Below are positions 41,395-54,800 of a DNA stretch of 64,000 nt, piece after piece; the stretch's first letter is position 1; the number at the start of each line of letters is the position of its first letter. Position numbers and translations under genes: made by a program. This DNA is from Bugula neritina (Eukaryota > Animalia > Bryozoa): NCBI GenBank assembly GCA_964035545.1, contig OZ037765.1, forward strand, positions 34,471,504 to 34,535,503, in the 5' to 3' direction. The notes under the pieces were generated by a model. It saw only the letters and a program-made list of their open reading frames with translations, made no database searches and had not been told where the DNA came from.

Positions 41395-41854
41395 CCTGTA
41401 GTCACTGGTTACAGCTCTAGTTGTATTCAATAGTCTTCATTCAAAACTGTAACGACTATATACATGGTAGAATACTAGAAACTGAAGCTAGCTTTTGACA
41501 TCTCCGTAACATATCTCTACTGATACCATGTATACCAGCCATATATTATATCATATAATATACTCTAGAAAGGATGTAAAATCAAGTAACACCTGTAAGA
41601 TGATGTACTGAGAGATTTTATAACACCAAATAATGGTTGAATTCTTTTCATTTTGAGGTTAGCAAATTTTGTAGGTGTGTCCATTGCCAGCATAACTTTA
41701 CCCATTACTGTTAATTAACACAAGTCAAAGTGTAATGGCTGTGACACGCAGATGCTACCCCCCCCCATCTAGACCCTCTACCTCATCAGGAGCCATGTCT
41801 ATACACCAGTCAAGCAACTATCTTAGCCTAGGGCCACACGGTGCGTATTTTCGC

Positions 41855-42139
41855 ATGCGGAAGTTGAAATCACAAGTAGCAAAGGTGTCCACTGTGCGCG
41901 TTGAGAAAACCTTCGCACTTGTCGCTCTGCATTTTCAACGCAAGTGCGAATCGTCTCTGTCGTCGTCACCTAATTGGCTGGTAGCTATTCAGCGAGCCCA
42001 ATTTCTTTATTTAGTGCTATATTCCAGTAAATTGCGTTTTATTGAAAGCGAGTGCGATTTAAAAATGAAAGCTTTATTTATCACGCATCACTGACGCTAC
42101 AGTGGACACCTTTGCTACACGTGATTTTAATTTTCGCAT
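41855..42139. mobile_element. MITE-like inverted repeat element
   Basis: 41855-41895 (ATGCGGAAGTTGAAATCACAAGTAGCAAAGGTGTCCACTGT) is an imperfect reverse complement of 42099-42139. Confidence 0.65.
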
Positions 42140-42146
42140 AAGGGTA

Positions 42147-42845
42147 ACGGAATGGGGGGGGGGGGGCACAACGGTCATAGGGGTACAAAAAGCCGATCAA
42201 ATTGTGAGAGAACTTATTGACTTAGAGTTGTGATTTTTTTCTTTAATAAAAAGGTAATGACATAATTATTCAGCCATTGTAGTTTCAACACTTGCGGAGT
42301 ATATATGTTGAAGAGGGGAGTCAAAAACTGCTTTTATCTACTTTTTGTATATTTTTAAGACATCATTCAAGTTTTGTTATAACTTTGTACACTCAAAGGT
42401 AACAAGTCTAGCTTTTACTGATATTGTTACCATTGCTTGTCTCTACATTGTTTAACTAGTCTAATATAGAAAATTCTAAAATAAATTTTCTTTGAGCCAC
42501 ATTTATTTTCAACTTGGCCACCCGGGGCACAACGGGCCACCTGACCATTGCACCCTAGCTGATCACTGTTATTAGTTTGTTTGCTCAAATCTGCAAAATT
42601 TCAATATATTTTTTGTGTCCCACCCAGTGGCCCATTGTACCCCGTACCGGGGCACAATGGGCCGTCTTTTTTGTCATGATAATTTTTTTATTCTGAAGGT
42701 TGTGAAAACTGATACCTATAATAGACAACTGGTGTAGCATTTAGACTAGAGATTACTGAACTAGTAACTTGAAAAACAGACGAATGAGAGCAGAAAGTTC
42801 AAAATTTGGACTGTTTTGCCTCCCTCCGTTGTCCCCCACCCCTCG
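42147..42845. mobile_element. MITE with GGGGCACAACGG terminal/internal inverted motifs
   Basis: GGGGCACAACGG at ~42163, ~42524 and ~42649; inverted CCGTTGTCCCCC at ~42826. Confidence 0.55.
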
Positions 42846-44070
42846 CAAGCGCCCTCACTACACCTGGCTAGTAGACTCAGTACTAGCAAACTAGTGTATA
42901 GCTTGTTGTATTATATTAGTAATCTAAATATATTCATCCTACTACCATTACAAACTCAGTTCTCTCTCTTAAACTTGAAGCAAAATATCACTATTTTCTA
43001 GCAACTACAACACACACATTCATAACCAACAATTCTAGTAGTTTGCTCACAACTACAACAAAAGTGAACTAACTTTTCAGTCACTCACATTCATATAATA
43101 AATAAATTGTACTTACAGTGAGTTAAAATGAAGTCAGCAGGTGAGTTGAGATATTCTTCACCATCTGCGTATGTTACATAATATCCTCCATAAACTGACT
43201 TGATTATCTTCTCACTATGAGTCTAGGAAGGGATAAGTGACTTCCCTCTTAGTGTGTGCTAGTTAGTGCTGCACTGCAAGTAATAGTGTTTATATGATCA
43301 CGTGATAGGTTGTTGAAATGTATGCTCTTTGGTATTGGCTTTAGACACCTTTATAATAATGATACCCACTCAAGCTATGTATACTCTTTGGTATCAGTTC
43401 TAGTTTATAGAAGACTTTTGGCAACCAGCCAACAGGAAAACTTGCAGTTGACATACTATAGTGACAGATGTGAATAGCTGTATAGTGACTGGTAATAGAT
43501 GTAGCTATGATACTGTATACAGTTTACATGTAATATAACTACAGTATAGTCATTAGAGTATAACAATAAACATGCTAATCTCAGAATTTAGGAGAATATT
43601 GTGTTTAGACAATCAGTGAAAAAGTTGATGGCATTTAATAGGTGGCACATTTACAATATTGGGTTTGGGGAGTTGGGATGGGGGTATAGGTTTGGATTGG
43701 GGGGGTTTAGGAAAAGTTGGTCAAATAAATTCCAAATTACATTCTCACCAAAACACTCAACAGTTATTGTAAATGTCAAAAGTGGTCAAAGGTCAAGGTG
43801 ATCAGAAATCCCAAATCATTTCAGTACATACTCGCACAAAATTCATTATAAAACAAAATTGTTTAGGCATCTAATCTTAAAACGGTATGTAAATGAAAAC
43901 TAACATATATAAGAATATTTTAGTACTGCATAAGTGAAGTGTGTCAAGGATTCTTCAACTACTTATCTTTCACAATACAGTCAATAAAAATGAGATCTCA
44001 GTTATACTTTCAAAAAAGTCTTTTCTCTATATGGCCTGTCCTGATTAAATGTCTTTGAAATATTTGTCTG

Positions 44071-44594
44071 CACAGGATAGCTAAGGGCAACTTTTTAGCT
44101 GCAACTGCCTTGCTGAGGTTTACATTGTAACTGTGTAAAAATTTAGCACCAGTAAAAAAATCTCATTTAATTGTAAGCTACTATAGAATCAAAATTTAAA
44201 AACTATGTTGTGAATCTTATTTTTCCCAGTGTAACTTTTTTGGAATTTTTTCATTCTTTTGCAAAGTTATAGAAAAAAACTGCACATTTTCGGCTAATTT
44301 TGCCTCAAAAGTTGATTTTTTTATTACCAGTAAACTATCTTAGCAGGAAAACATGATATCTGAATAAAAAAGGATTGACTTTTGAATTTTATATAAATTA
44401 TGGATTTATAAGTCACAGGCTTGCTAGCTAACAGGCTATAATGACTAGCTTGGTGTTGTTGGCTGTAGTTTGATCTCAGGCTAAACAATGACAAGTAGGC
44501 AACACGCGTGCCACCCACAGAACGATTTTGTAGAAGAACTTAAACTACATTTCAATAGAAATTCTTAGTGGGATGCTCTCAACTATCCTATGTG
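44071..44594. mobile_element. Non-autonomous DNA element, second copy at ~53889-54285
   Basis: 44071-44390 aligns with 53891-54200 (CACAGGATAG(C/T)TAAGGGCAA..GCTGCAACTGCCTTGCTGAGG). Inverted terminus ..CTCAACTATCCTATGTG at ~44578-44594. Confidence 0.7.
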
Positions 44595-46202
44595 CTGCTG
44601 TTTCAGGCTAGCTAGCAAATTCGATAAACAAAAATTTGTAACTTACTATACCTTGGGGGCCACACAAATATAGCTGGAGGGCCGGATCCGCCTCCTCCCC
44701 CCCCCTCCCCACCTGTTGGACAGCCCTGGTTTATGGTATACCTTTTGTTTACATTAGCTCATATATATCAGAGTTAAGTAGTTATACAAAGTCTAAAGTC
44801 AAGGTGATAGACTTGAGATAAAACATGTGACAACTCGAATAATACGCAAGTTTTGTAGAAAATTAAGTATTTGTTATAATGGTATGCTTGATGGTGTGTG
44901 ACAGGGTGATGCTGACTTGTAATGTATTACATGTTGATTTATTTGGTACAACTACTATGAATATAAAATGATAATAACACTTTGAAATCTAGCAACTAAC
45001 TAACTGTTTAGCAATAACTTCACAAGCATTATATATAGATGCTGACTATGACAATAATAAGGAAATGCATGATTCACATAGAAGTCACTAATATAGCTAC
45101 TAATATATCTACTAATTATAGCTAATAAGATGTGAACTCTATGTGACATTATAACAGTATTCTAGGATGTTTCAAAGCTCAGTTAGACTAAACTGTTGGA
45201 TAGTTGCAATGTCACTGTCACTGACTAATTGCATAATACAAATAACTAAATACATGTAATGCCTGTTGTTAGTGTTGGTGTACTAAACAGTAGATGTGAG
45301 TATTGAGATGTAATGATAGAATATATTCTAGTACAGATTACTACTGAGTAGATTGTAGTCATGTGACTGAGTTGGTGGTTTACTGTTCTGTCAACTCAGA
45401 AGTCAACTTCAAAGGACTTGCACATGATATCAAGCAAGTCCTATGAACTTGTAACAGTGAGTCATACATATAAACACTCCAAGATATCTCTCCTCCAATA
45501 GTACAGTTAGTTACTACACGACATCACCTAGCAACACACTGTAACCTAGCAACACAGCATCACCTAGCAACACAGCATCACCTAGCAACACACTATCACA
45601 TAACAACTGCCAACTCCCAACCAGCCTGTAGAAAAGAGTTTCAGCAGCGGGTATTAAGAAACCGAGGAGAACTGTGTAGAATATATAGAGAAATGAGAAA
45701 GTGGACACATGTAATACATATTGAGGAATGGGGGAGTAACTCCACCTGTTAGAGTACATTCACACCTTCTCTGAAAGAGTTCTGAGTTTAACTCACTTCA
45801 TCATTACTTGCTGCCATTTATTCAATGCTCTTGAAGTAGAATATAAATGACTAGATTCTGAGAAGAGCCTAGAAACTCATCACAGGACAAATTGGTTTTA
45901 TGGTGCAGAGAACTTTGTGAATTTCTGCTTCAGCCAAACTAGACTCTACTGAAAACATATAAACACACCTTCAGAGCTGGTCCAGTGGGCAGTGAAGGTC
46001 AACTCCAGCATCTCCTTTGGAATCGGCATCCATAGTAAAATCAGACTAGAGGATAATTCTATAAAACATAAATTAGGTTTATATGTACTCCGTGAAACTC
46101 CGAGGTGTTAAAGAAGTTAGAAAAAAAAAGAACAATTTTCAAACCTCTAACTAAACTTACAGAAGGTTAATGCTACGATGATTTAGTACAGCTTCTCTTG
46201 AG

Positions 46203-47070
46203 TGACTCACTGAATAACCTGGTAACTCACTGAATGACCTGGTAACTCACTAAATAACCTGGTAACTCACTGAATAACCTAGTAATTCACTGAATAACCT
46301 GGTAACTCACTAAATAACCTGGTAACTCACTGAATAACCTGGTAACTCACTGAATAACCTGGTAACTCACTGAATAACCTGGTAACTCACTGAATAACCT
46401 GGTGACTCACTGAATAACCTGGTAACTCACTGAATAACCTGGTAACTCACTAAATAACCTGGTAACTCACTGAATAACCTGGTAACTCACTGAATAACCT
46501 GGTAACTCACTGAATAACCTGGTAACTCACTGAATAACCTGGTAACTCACTGAATAACCTGGTAACTCACTGAATAACCTGGTAACTCACTGAATAACCT
46601 GGTAACTCACTGAATAACCTGGTAACTCACTGAATAACCTGGTAGCTCACTGAATAACCTGGTAACTCACTGAATAACCTGGTAACTCACTGAATAACCT
46701 GGTAACTCATTGAATAACCTGGTGACTCACTGAATAACCTGGTAACTCACTGAATAACCTGGTAACTCACTGAATAACCTGGTAGCTCACTGAATAACCT
46801 GGTAACTCACTGAATAACCTGGTAGCTCACTGAATAACCTGGTAACTCACTGAATAACCTGGTAACTCACTGAATAACCTGGTAACTCACTGAATAACCT
46901 GATAACTCACTGAATAACCTGGTGACTCACTGAATAACCTGGTAAGTCACTGAATAACCTGGTAACTCACTGAATAACCTGGTAAATCACTGAATAACCT
47001 GGTAACTCACTGAATAACCTGGTAACTCACTGAATAACCTGGTAACTCACTGAATAACCTGGTAACTCAC
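46203..47070. repeat. 20-bp GGTAACTCACTGAATAACCT minisatellite starting at the NOL11 exon-6 donor
   Basis: ~43 very homogeneous copies; each carries GTGAGT on the minus strand. Confidence 0.96.
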
Positions 47071-50000
47071 GAACTCAGAATCAGCAGACAGTCTCAAACT
47101 GCCCATCATGCTCCTTAGTGTCAACTTGCTGTACTTATATGAGTGAGCCTGCAATGAGCTCTCCGTGTGAGTCAGTATGTATGGAGGTAGAAGAGTCACA
47201 GGTTTATCACCGTAGAGCTCACTGTCCAGACTCTTTAGAACCCTCGTAGTTCTGAACTTGATACTGAATATAAGTAAGACACCTACAAGACCAGCACATG
47301 TCACCATACTTGAGCTGTGACACGTCTAAACAGGTGCTATGAGTACAGCTACACTGATTGGCTTACATCTACTCACATTCAAGTAAAGGAGGCATACAGT
47401 TACAGTAAAACTACTTTACTAGAACAATCATCTTCAGAAAAGGTAAACTATACTAGCCTGTATTCGTAGAGCTGTGAGATGTTGCAATGAGAAGCTGGTC
47501 AGAGTCTAGTAGGTGAAGAGAGACACACTGAGTAGAAAACTGTGAGTTGAGAGAGGAAATAACTTTTTCAGATGTACCGGTAGAGTATAGTATCTCACCC
47601 TTACCACCTGTATAGAGTATTTCAGATAAACTGGTTATTGTAAAGGTGACGTCATACAGAGACACAGTATATATTCAATAGTATCAGACTCACTAGTAGC
47701 AATGTAATTAGACTCAGCATGAGGGACAACTCTACACACTGATGTCACATCTGTGTAGTTGAGAAACACCTGCGTAGATTTGCCAAACACCTGCTTGTCG
47801 TTGAACTGTAACTTATATACAAGGTGTTGTCCCTGAAATAACACAACAGAAACTGTAGATATTTCAACAGCAATGATGATGATGCATGTCAACAACTGTG
47901 ACACTCTACTGTGACACTCTACTGTGACACTCTACTGTGACATTCTACTGTGACACTCTACTGTGACACTCTACTGTGACACTCTACTGCGACACTCTAC
48001 TGCGACACTCTACTGCGACACTCTACTGCGACACTCTACTGCGACACTCTACTGTGACACTCTACTGTGACACTCTACTGTGACACTCTACTGTGACACT
48101 CTACTGCGTCACTCTACTGCGACACTCTACTGCGACACTCTACTGCGACACTCTACTGCGACACTCTACTGCGACACTCTACTGCGACACTCTACTGCGA
48201 CACTCTACTGCGACACTCTACTGTGACACTCTACTGTGACACTCTACTGTGACACTCCACTGCGACACCCTACTCTGACACCCTACTGTGACACTCTACT
48301 GTGACACTCTACTGTGACACTCTACTGTGACACTCTACTGCGACACTCTACTGCGACATTCTACTGTGACACTTTACTGTGACACTCTACTGAGACATTG
48401 TGACACCATACTGACACATTGTGACACCATACTGACACATTGTGACACCATACTGACACATTGTGACATCATACTGACACATTGAGATACTCACATCAAC
48501 AGTCACAATGTAGACAATCTCAGTTCTATTACTCCATCTGTAACTTTTAAACTGACTAATCTCCACGTCAGCATCTCTCAGATCTGGAGGCAGCAGATGG
48601 AGAGACAGTGAAGTGTCCTCCACATGAGACAACCAGCACACACAGTTATTAGATGTGACCACCAGTGGTTCTGTCTTCTCTACTTCTACCAGTTCAGTCA
48701 CCTCAGTTGATAACTACAACAGTTACACTTGTATTGTGAACCAATCATCATTAGGTTATCATTCTCCATATTCTATTCTCACCACTTCAACATTTCTAAT
48801 GCTATAAATATGCTCCACCAAATGATCAACAAATTGTGTTATCGTAAACATATTATTTTATAAATCACAAAACAACTGAAATATTCAAAGTGAGAAATTT
48901 ACCAGTTTCTTCTTCCAGTCCTTGTAGTTAGAAAGTTCATTTGTCCAGACACAAAGTCTCTTCTTTCCAAGATTCTCAACCAAACCAACATAATGTTCTT
49001 CTTCGCGATCATAAACCACAGGCAGACAGAAACTGCTCTCTGATTTGAGAGTACAACTTGATACTGTCTGCTGATCACTCACCTAAGTTTATCACAACTC
49101 AAACTCTAGTATTTATTAATATTCTAAACTGAAAACTACTCTCATGAACGAAGCATATAAACACATGTAGAGTTATTATTACTTTCAGTAATAATTTATT
49201 CCACAGTGAATTATATGAGAAAGAAGCTCTACTGCAGAGAATACTCATCCAGGCCGGTCAAACTCTGAAATAACTAAATTTATTTCCTCAACTCATTAGC
49301 AAAATTCTAAGATCGTTTCAAAAGCGATACAAACAACTCATCATAGCATAAATTTTAAGGCCATTTAGAATTAGTTTAGCAAATACATAAAGGCTATCTT
49401 GATTATGCATGATTTTAAATTGAACTACAGTGGTTGATTTATGATGATTACTCGATAACTAGGTATGAATAAAATAAATTTTAAAGTAATCAAAGGCTAA
49501 GTTAGTAAATGTGTGTCATCACATTTCAATACTCAATAGTAATCACTGAAATTTACTCTAAATATTTATTAGGAGTCAGTGCCATTCACCGAAAGACTTA
49601 ATTAAAAAGTTAGTATCAACCGATTTAATCCAATACTTATAGTTATTACGAATTAGTCAATTCAAAATCAAGTTGAAAAAAAATTCCTGCGTATTTACAT
49701 CGATTATCATAATAATTAATAACTGGTTGACTCGGCATCACTCAGAGCTGCATTAGCCCCATGCTGAATTGATTTTACTATTATAGCACTATTCACTTTT
49801 CAGCGATTGTGAGAGACTTTGACCAAGTGCTTAGTCAGTAAGAGTAAGTTTTTATTTAATTTTACTAAAACACTTTAACTTAGTTTCGCTTATAGTTATT
49901 GAGTTATTCATACTGTGATTATCACTATTCGTACAAATACAAGTCATGAAGTAGACTTTAACTAATAGTTAGTGTTACAGTAACTAACTAAAGTTGTGTT

Positions 50001-50635
50001 TTTACTAATCTTAGTTTAGATATACTTACACCAGTTTAAGTTACTAGAGTTAGTCAGTTACTGTTAGAAATAAACTAGATTTAGTAGGAGTTACACTAGA
50101 ACTACGAACACTAAAACTAAAAGCAAAAAAAAATTGTATGTCAAAGTCTAACTACGTAATAAGTATGACTTTTACTGCAAGTCAAAGTACAGGTCTAACC
50201 AGTCTACCACTACTGCACTGGTAGTAGTAGTAGTACTAGTAGTGGTACTACTACAACGTCTGCTGCCTCTGGACCTGGCACTGGTTACTGTTTTAGCGTT
50301 TAGTACTAGTAGTAGTATTATTAGTATTACTATTACTAGTAGTAGTTATACTTATACTAGTGTCTAGTAGTACTGTACTAGACCTAGTACAATAATTTAT
50401 TAATTATAATATTAATTATATTATATTCGTTATAATAATAATTACTCAAATTAGCATTACAGAAAAGGAAATATGCTACCTTATATATTGACATAGACTG
50501 CCTATTTGTCAAAATAACATTGCTAATGTCAAATGAAGAAAATCCCAAAAATTCCTTCGCCTTTGCAAAGGAAGCAATGGCCCAAGTATCATTTATTGTA
50601 GTTGCGGTTGTTTCACTGGTAGTACTAGTAGCCAT
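47071..50635 (-). CDS. NOL11: Nucleolar protein 11 (NOL11)-like, N-terminal ~352 aa; 3' end unresolved
   Basis: Exons 50635-50480, 49082-48903, 48713-48495, 47832-47694, 47607-47458 and 47282-47071 are in phase. IYK|VSDQQTVSS, LSTEV...TEPLVV and FSIKFRT resemble the NOL11 N-terminal region. Confidence 0.72.
47896..48490. repeat. 13-bp TGTGACACTCTAC array plus 21-bp GACACCATACTGACACATTGT array in NOL11 intron
   Basis: Tandem copies. Confidence 0.93.
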
Positions 50636-51861
50636 AACTTTTAACGCCGGGACTGCTTAGGTAGTGTTTTTATCCTGTCGTTCGCGTACTACACTTATTC
50701 ACAAATTCAGTTTTTATAGTCAAATTCACTTGTGAATTTTTTTTATAAAAACGTGCTTTTATATATAAGTTGAATGCTATTAATTTTGTTGAAAACCATA
50801 TCTGAAGCAGAGTAAATTTTTACTTAAAAGGAATACAACTCCTAAAACATTTATTGCTTGTTGCCTAAAACAGGGCTGTCCAACAGGTGGCCCCGGATGT
50901 GCCCCCCCCCTCCCGCTGACATTCATGTGACCCTCAAATGCATAATAGATAAACATGCAGCTTGCAGTACCTAATTATTGGGACTTCATTGTGTAATGAC
51001 TCACAGGCATTTGGAATAAAGTTATTTTAAATTACTGATGCTGTGGCCTCCAGCCGAAGTTAAATTTTACAATGTGGCCCTCGCCATGAAATATTTCCTT
51101 TCAGTAGCCCTCGCTATATGGTATAGAGTAGATATAGTATAGTGTACAGGGTAGATATAATATTATATATTTATAAAAACATACAATCACTTTTGATATA
51201 AAAACTGCATAAGTGGCAACTAAAAGAAATCATTAAAACCACAAACTAATAATAAACCACAACTATATATTGATTGGCTGATCACTGAGGTTTCAGTTAC
51301 AGTAGAAGTTAAAATACTGCTACAGTCTGTCAGTGTTTAACTACAAAGGCTATAATTTGATAGCTTGTACATAGCAAAGAAAAAGCTACCTATAATTACC
51401 ATCATACTTTTACATATTATATAATATAAATATTCATAAAATCCTTTTCGTAACCCATCATGTCCCTATTTATAGCAGCTAATAAACTGAAAAAGCAGTA
51501 ATGGGAAAAGTTGCTATTGATTCCATTAATAACTTAAATGTGGAGTCTAAGCATGACTTTCCACCCTCAGCTGATATTGATCAGGTCTTACAGTATGAAA
51601 TAATTACTGCTACCCAATATGTGATAACGTCTATCAACTGTTTACAAATAAATTGGTAAAACTAAAAAGCACGTATAAAAAACTTAGCAGAATAAAAATA
51701 ATGTCACAGGTACATAGAAAATATATAAACTAATAAAATTAGAAATGATTGCATAAAATCACAAGACATATGACAAGTCTGTCTAGCAGTTACAAGTATC
51801 TAGCTAATATGGCAGGTCTGTGTCTGCTGCATGTGAACACGTGATGTGCTGCAGACGTCAC

Positions 51862-54800
51862 TCACTGTGGGAGTTGTCTGCCATGGAACTTTGGAAAGAA
51901 GAAAAGTTTTCTAAGGTGAGTGAAAGTACATTCCTGACAATTAGGTACATTACCACCAGCTGCTTCATCTCCTGTCTTCTTACAATATGCAATACTGACT
52001 CGTCTAACTCTGTCTTGTATCTATAAGTATAAATATAAGAGAAATATAAAGCTGATGACTCAACACACTCCACAGTATCATACAAAGAGTAATACTGGAG
52101 TACTTACTATCCTAAACAGCTCACTAACATCTCTGTGACAGCTGTGTCTGTAGAATGTAGCCACCAGTATTCTGATAAACCAGGTACCATAATTCTCATT
52201 CCTACCAGCCTTATAAGCTGCAACATATGAAAATGAGCAGTTAAATGTGAATGTCAGACTATTATGTAAATTTGTTTATATTTAAAAATTGCAATAGCTT
52301 TATTTACATGCAACAGTTTAATTTGCACCAATAAAAGTTTCAGTCAACTCAAATATAATTTTTTTCTCACTAACTTTCTGTACTTGGCTTCACAATGTAG
52401 AAGTCATCAGCATCTAGGTGAGTGAATCTATCAAAGTGAATATTTGGAGACACATGTTGACCTGCAGAAGACTCACTCCCAGCTGTTGCAGAAGATGAGG
52501 GTAGAGGGGTTGGTGTTGGTGGTGAGACGGTGTCTGGGCTTTGTGACTGTGCAGCATTACCAAAGTCAGCTCTGCCTGTAAAAGAAATACATACAATGTA
52601 GACTCTGTGATATGATGGTGAGTAATAAGTTAGGACTGGATTCACAAACAGAACTCTATTACACAGCACTGTTTATTGAATTCTAGTTATGAGGTGTAGC
52701 TGATTTCCACATAGGCATACTCCAATAACATTAGGCATCTTGAAAATAATGATTTGTTAAATTAATTAATGTTATAGTTATAGGAAATTATGCAATCTAA
52801 CTGCTAGTTCTAGTAACATGAGGAACAACTCTGCGTTACTCACTGCCAGAACAGGCATGGAAGATGATGAGTTTGGGTTTTCCTCTCATGGCAGGAAATT
52901 TACTAGCTGAGAGTAGATCTTTGACTTCTGACAAGTTGACAGGTTTACAGTGTCTGTCATAGAAGATGTTTCCAGAAGTTCCGTGTGACATGATGACTAG
53001 AATGAACATGCCAAGATCTTTGTGGTCTCTGTGGGTGGTCTCCTTCCTCACTTCTGATAATATCTCCTGGCAGAATAAAAGTATATAATGGTGTGTAAAA
53101 CAAGTTTGAATGAGTAAATGTGTCTACGCCAAAGCCAAAGCTGCTTCAAAATTACACTATAACATTTATAACAAAGATGAACCATTAAACAGTGCTGCTG
53201 TAATAATTTTATGCATGGAATGTTATGATTCGCTGCATGTAATTATTGGTGTGGGTTATTAGCTGATGGAACACAGTGACTCTTTGTTGAGAATACTTAT
53301 TAATAAATAGATAAAAAGGTTTATACTCACTATCCTTTATTGCACTCCAATATATGTATCCAAAAATAGAAAAAGAGTTAGGGAGGATAACTCCTTACAT
53401 CACGTGGAAAACTATGTACTACTATTATTCTAGGTATAAAGGAAATAGCTATGCACTAAGTATACAAATGTCCTGGTTTGGTAGCTCCGAGTTGTGTCTT
53501 CATCTGATGCTGGCAGTAGACTGAATTCACTGATGTGAGGGCTTCCTTTTATATGTTGGGATGTAGCTAGCCTAGAAAGTTCCATGCAAATTCGAGCGAG
53601 TTCGCTCGAATTGCAGGGGATTCGCAGGGTCATAACAAAAGGTTCGCAGGAATTCGCTCGAATCGAGCGAACTTCGAAGGGAAATCCTAGTCATCTTTAT
53701 TATGTGAGCAGTCCTATGCGTAGCTAGGAACAATAACTGATCCCGTCATTACCATCATGACACTTGGCTGTTAATGGACTGGGGCTATGCAAATGGTTTA
53801 TTTAGGAAAAACACGCATTCCATGGGAATGAAAGAAATACTAGTAAGGAAATACACGCAACAATTACAATATACACAATTTTACCACACACACAGGATAG
53901 TTAAGGGCAAACTTTTAGCTGCAACTGCCTTGCTGAGGTTTGCATTGTAATCATATAAGAATTTAGTGCCAGTAAAATAAAATCTCACCTAAGTGTGCTA
54001 GAGTCAAAATTTAAAAACTCTGTTGTAGACCTTTTTTCCCCCAGTGTAACTTTCTTGGAAATTTCAATTTTCGTTTTTTTTGCAAAGTTATAGACAAAAA
54101 ACTGCCCAATTTTGGCCAATTTTGCCTGAAAAGCTGACTTTTCAGTGCCAGAAAAAATATCTCAGCAGCAAAACATGATATCTGAATAAAAATTGCACTG
54201 CTGGAATCCTGAGATATTTCTCCAGTGCAATTTTTTTCTTTCTCCGATAACTCTTCTAGATTGCCCATAAATTGGTGATTTATACACTCGATCTGATAAG
54301 AAAACTCTGCCAGGATTTCAAGCCAGCGCGCTATTTGGCTTGATGGTTCAGCCCGTCGACACAGCCATATCAAGGACGCATGGTCCGTTCTTAGCCTGAA
54401 CGTGTGTCCGTACAGGTATGGTCTAAAGTGTTTAACCGCCTTGACTACTGCCAGGAGTTCTCTCCTGGTGGTGCAGTAGTTCTTTTCAGGCGTCGACAGG
54501 GCCTTACTATGGTAAGCTACCACCACCTCGCGACCATCTTGGACTTGAGTCAGCACAGCCCCCACATTGTGGTTACTAGCATCAGTATCCAAAATGTACT
54601 CCTTCGCCGGATTAGGTTACGCCAAGATGGGCGCCTCTACCAAACGATCCTTGAGGTGGTCAAATGCCTGCTGTTCTGTCTGTGTCCACTGCCATCGCAC
54701 CCCCTTTGCTGTCAGCCGGTTTAGTGGCTGTGCAATTCCTGCGAAGTTCGGTATGTGCTGACGATAGTACCCTACCAGTCCCAGGAATGCCCGCAATTCA

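Noticed and set aside
44709-50890. hAT-like TIR pair (CCACCTGTTGGACAGCCCTG / CAGGGCTGTCCAACAGGTGG) bracketing NOL11 as a possible gene-capturing transposon
   Set aside because: The orientation is wrong: the first ends an element lying to the left and the second begins one to the right. Adjacent 8-mers do not match.
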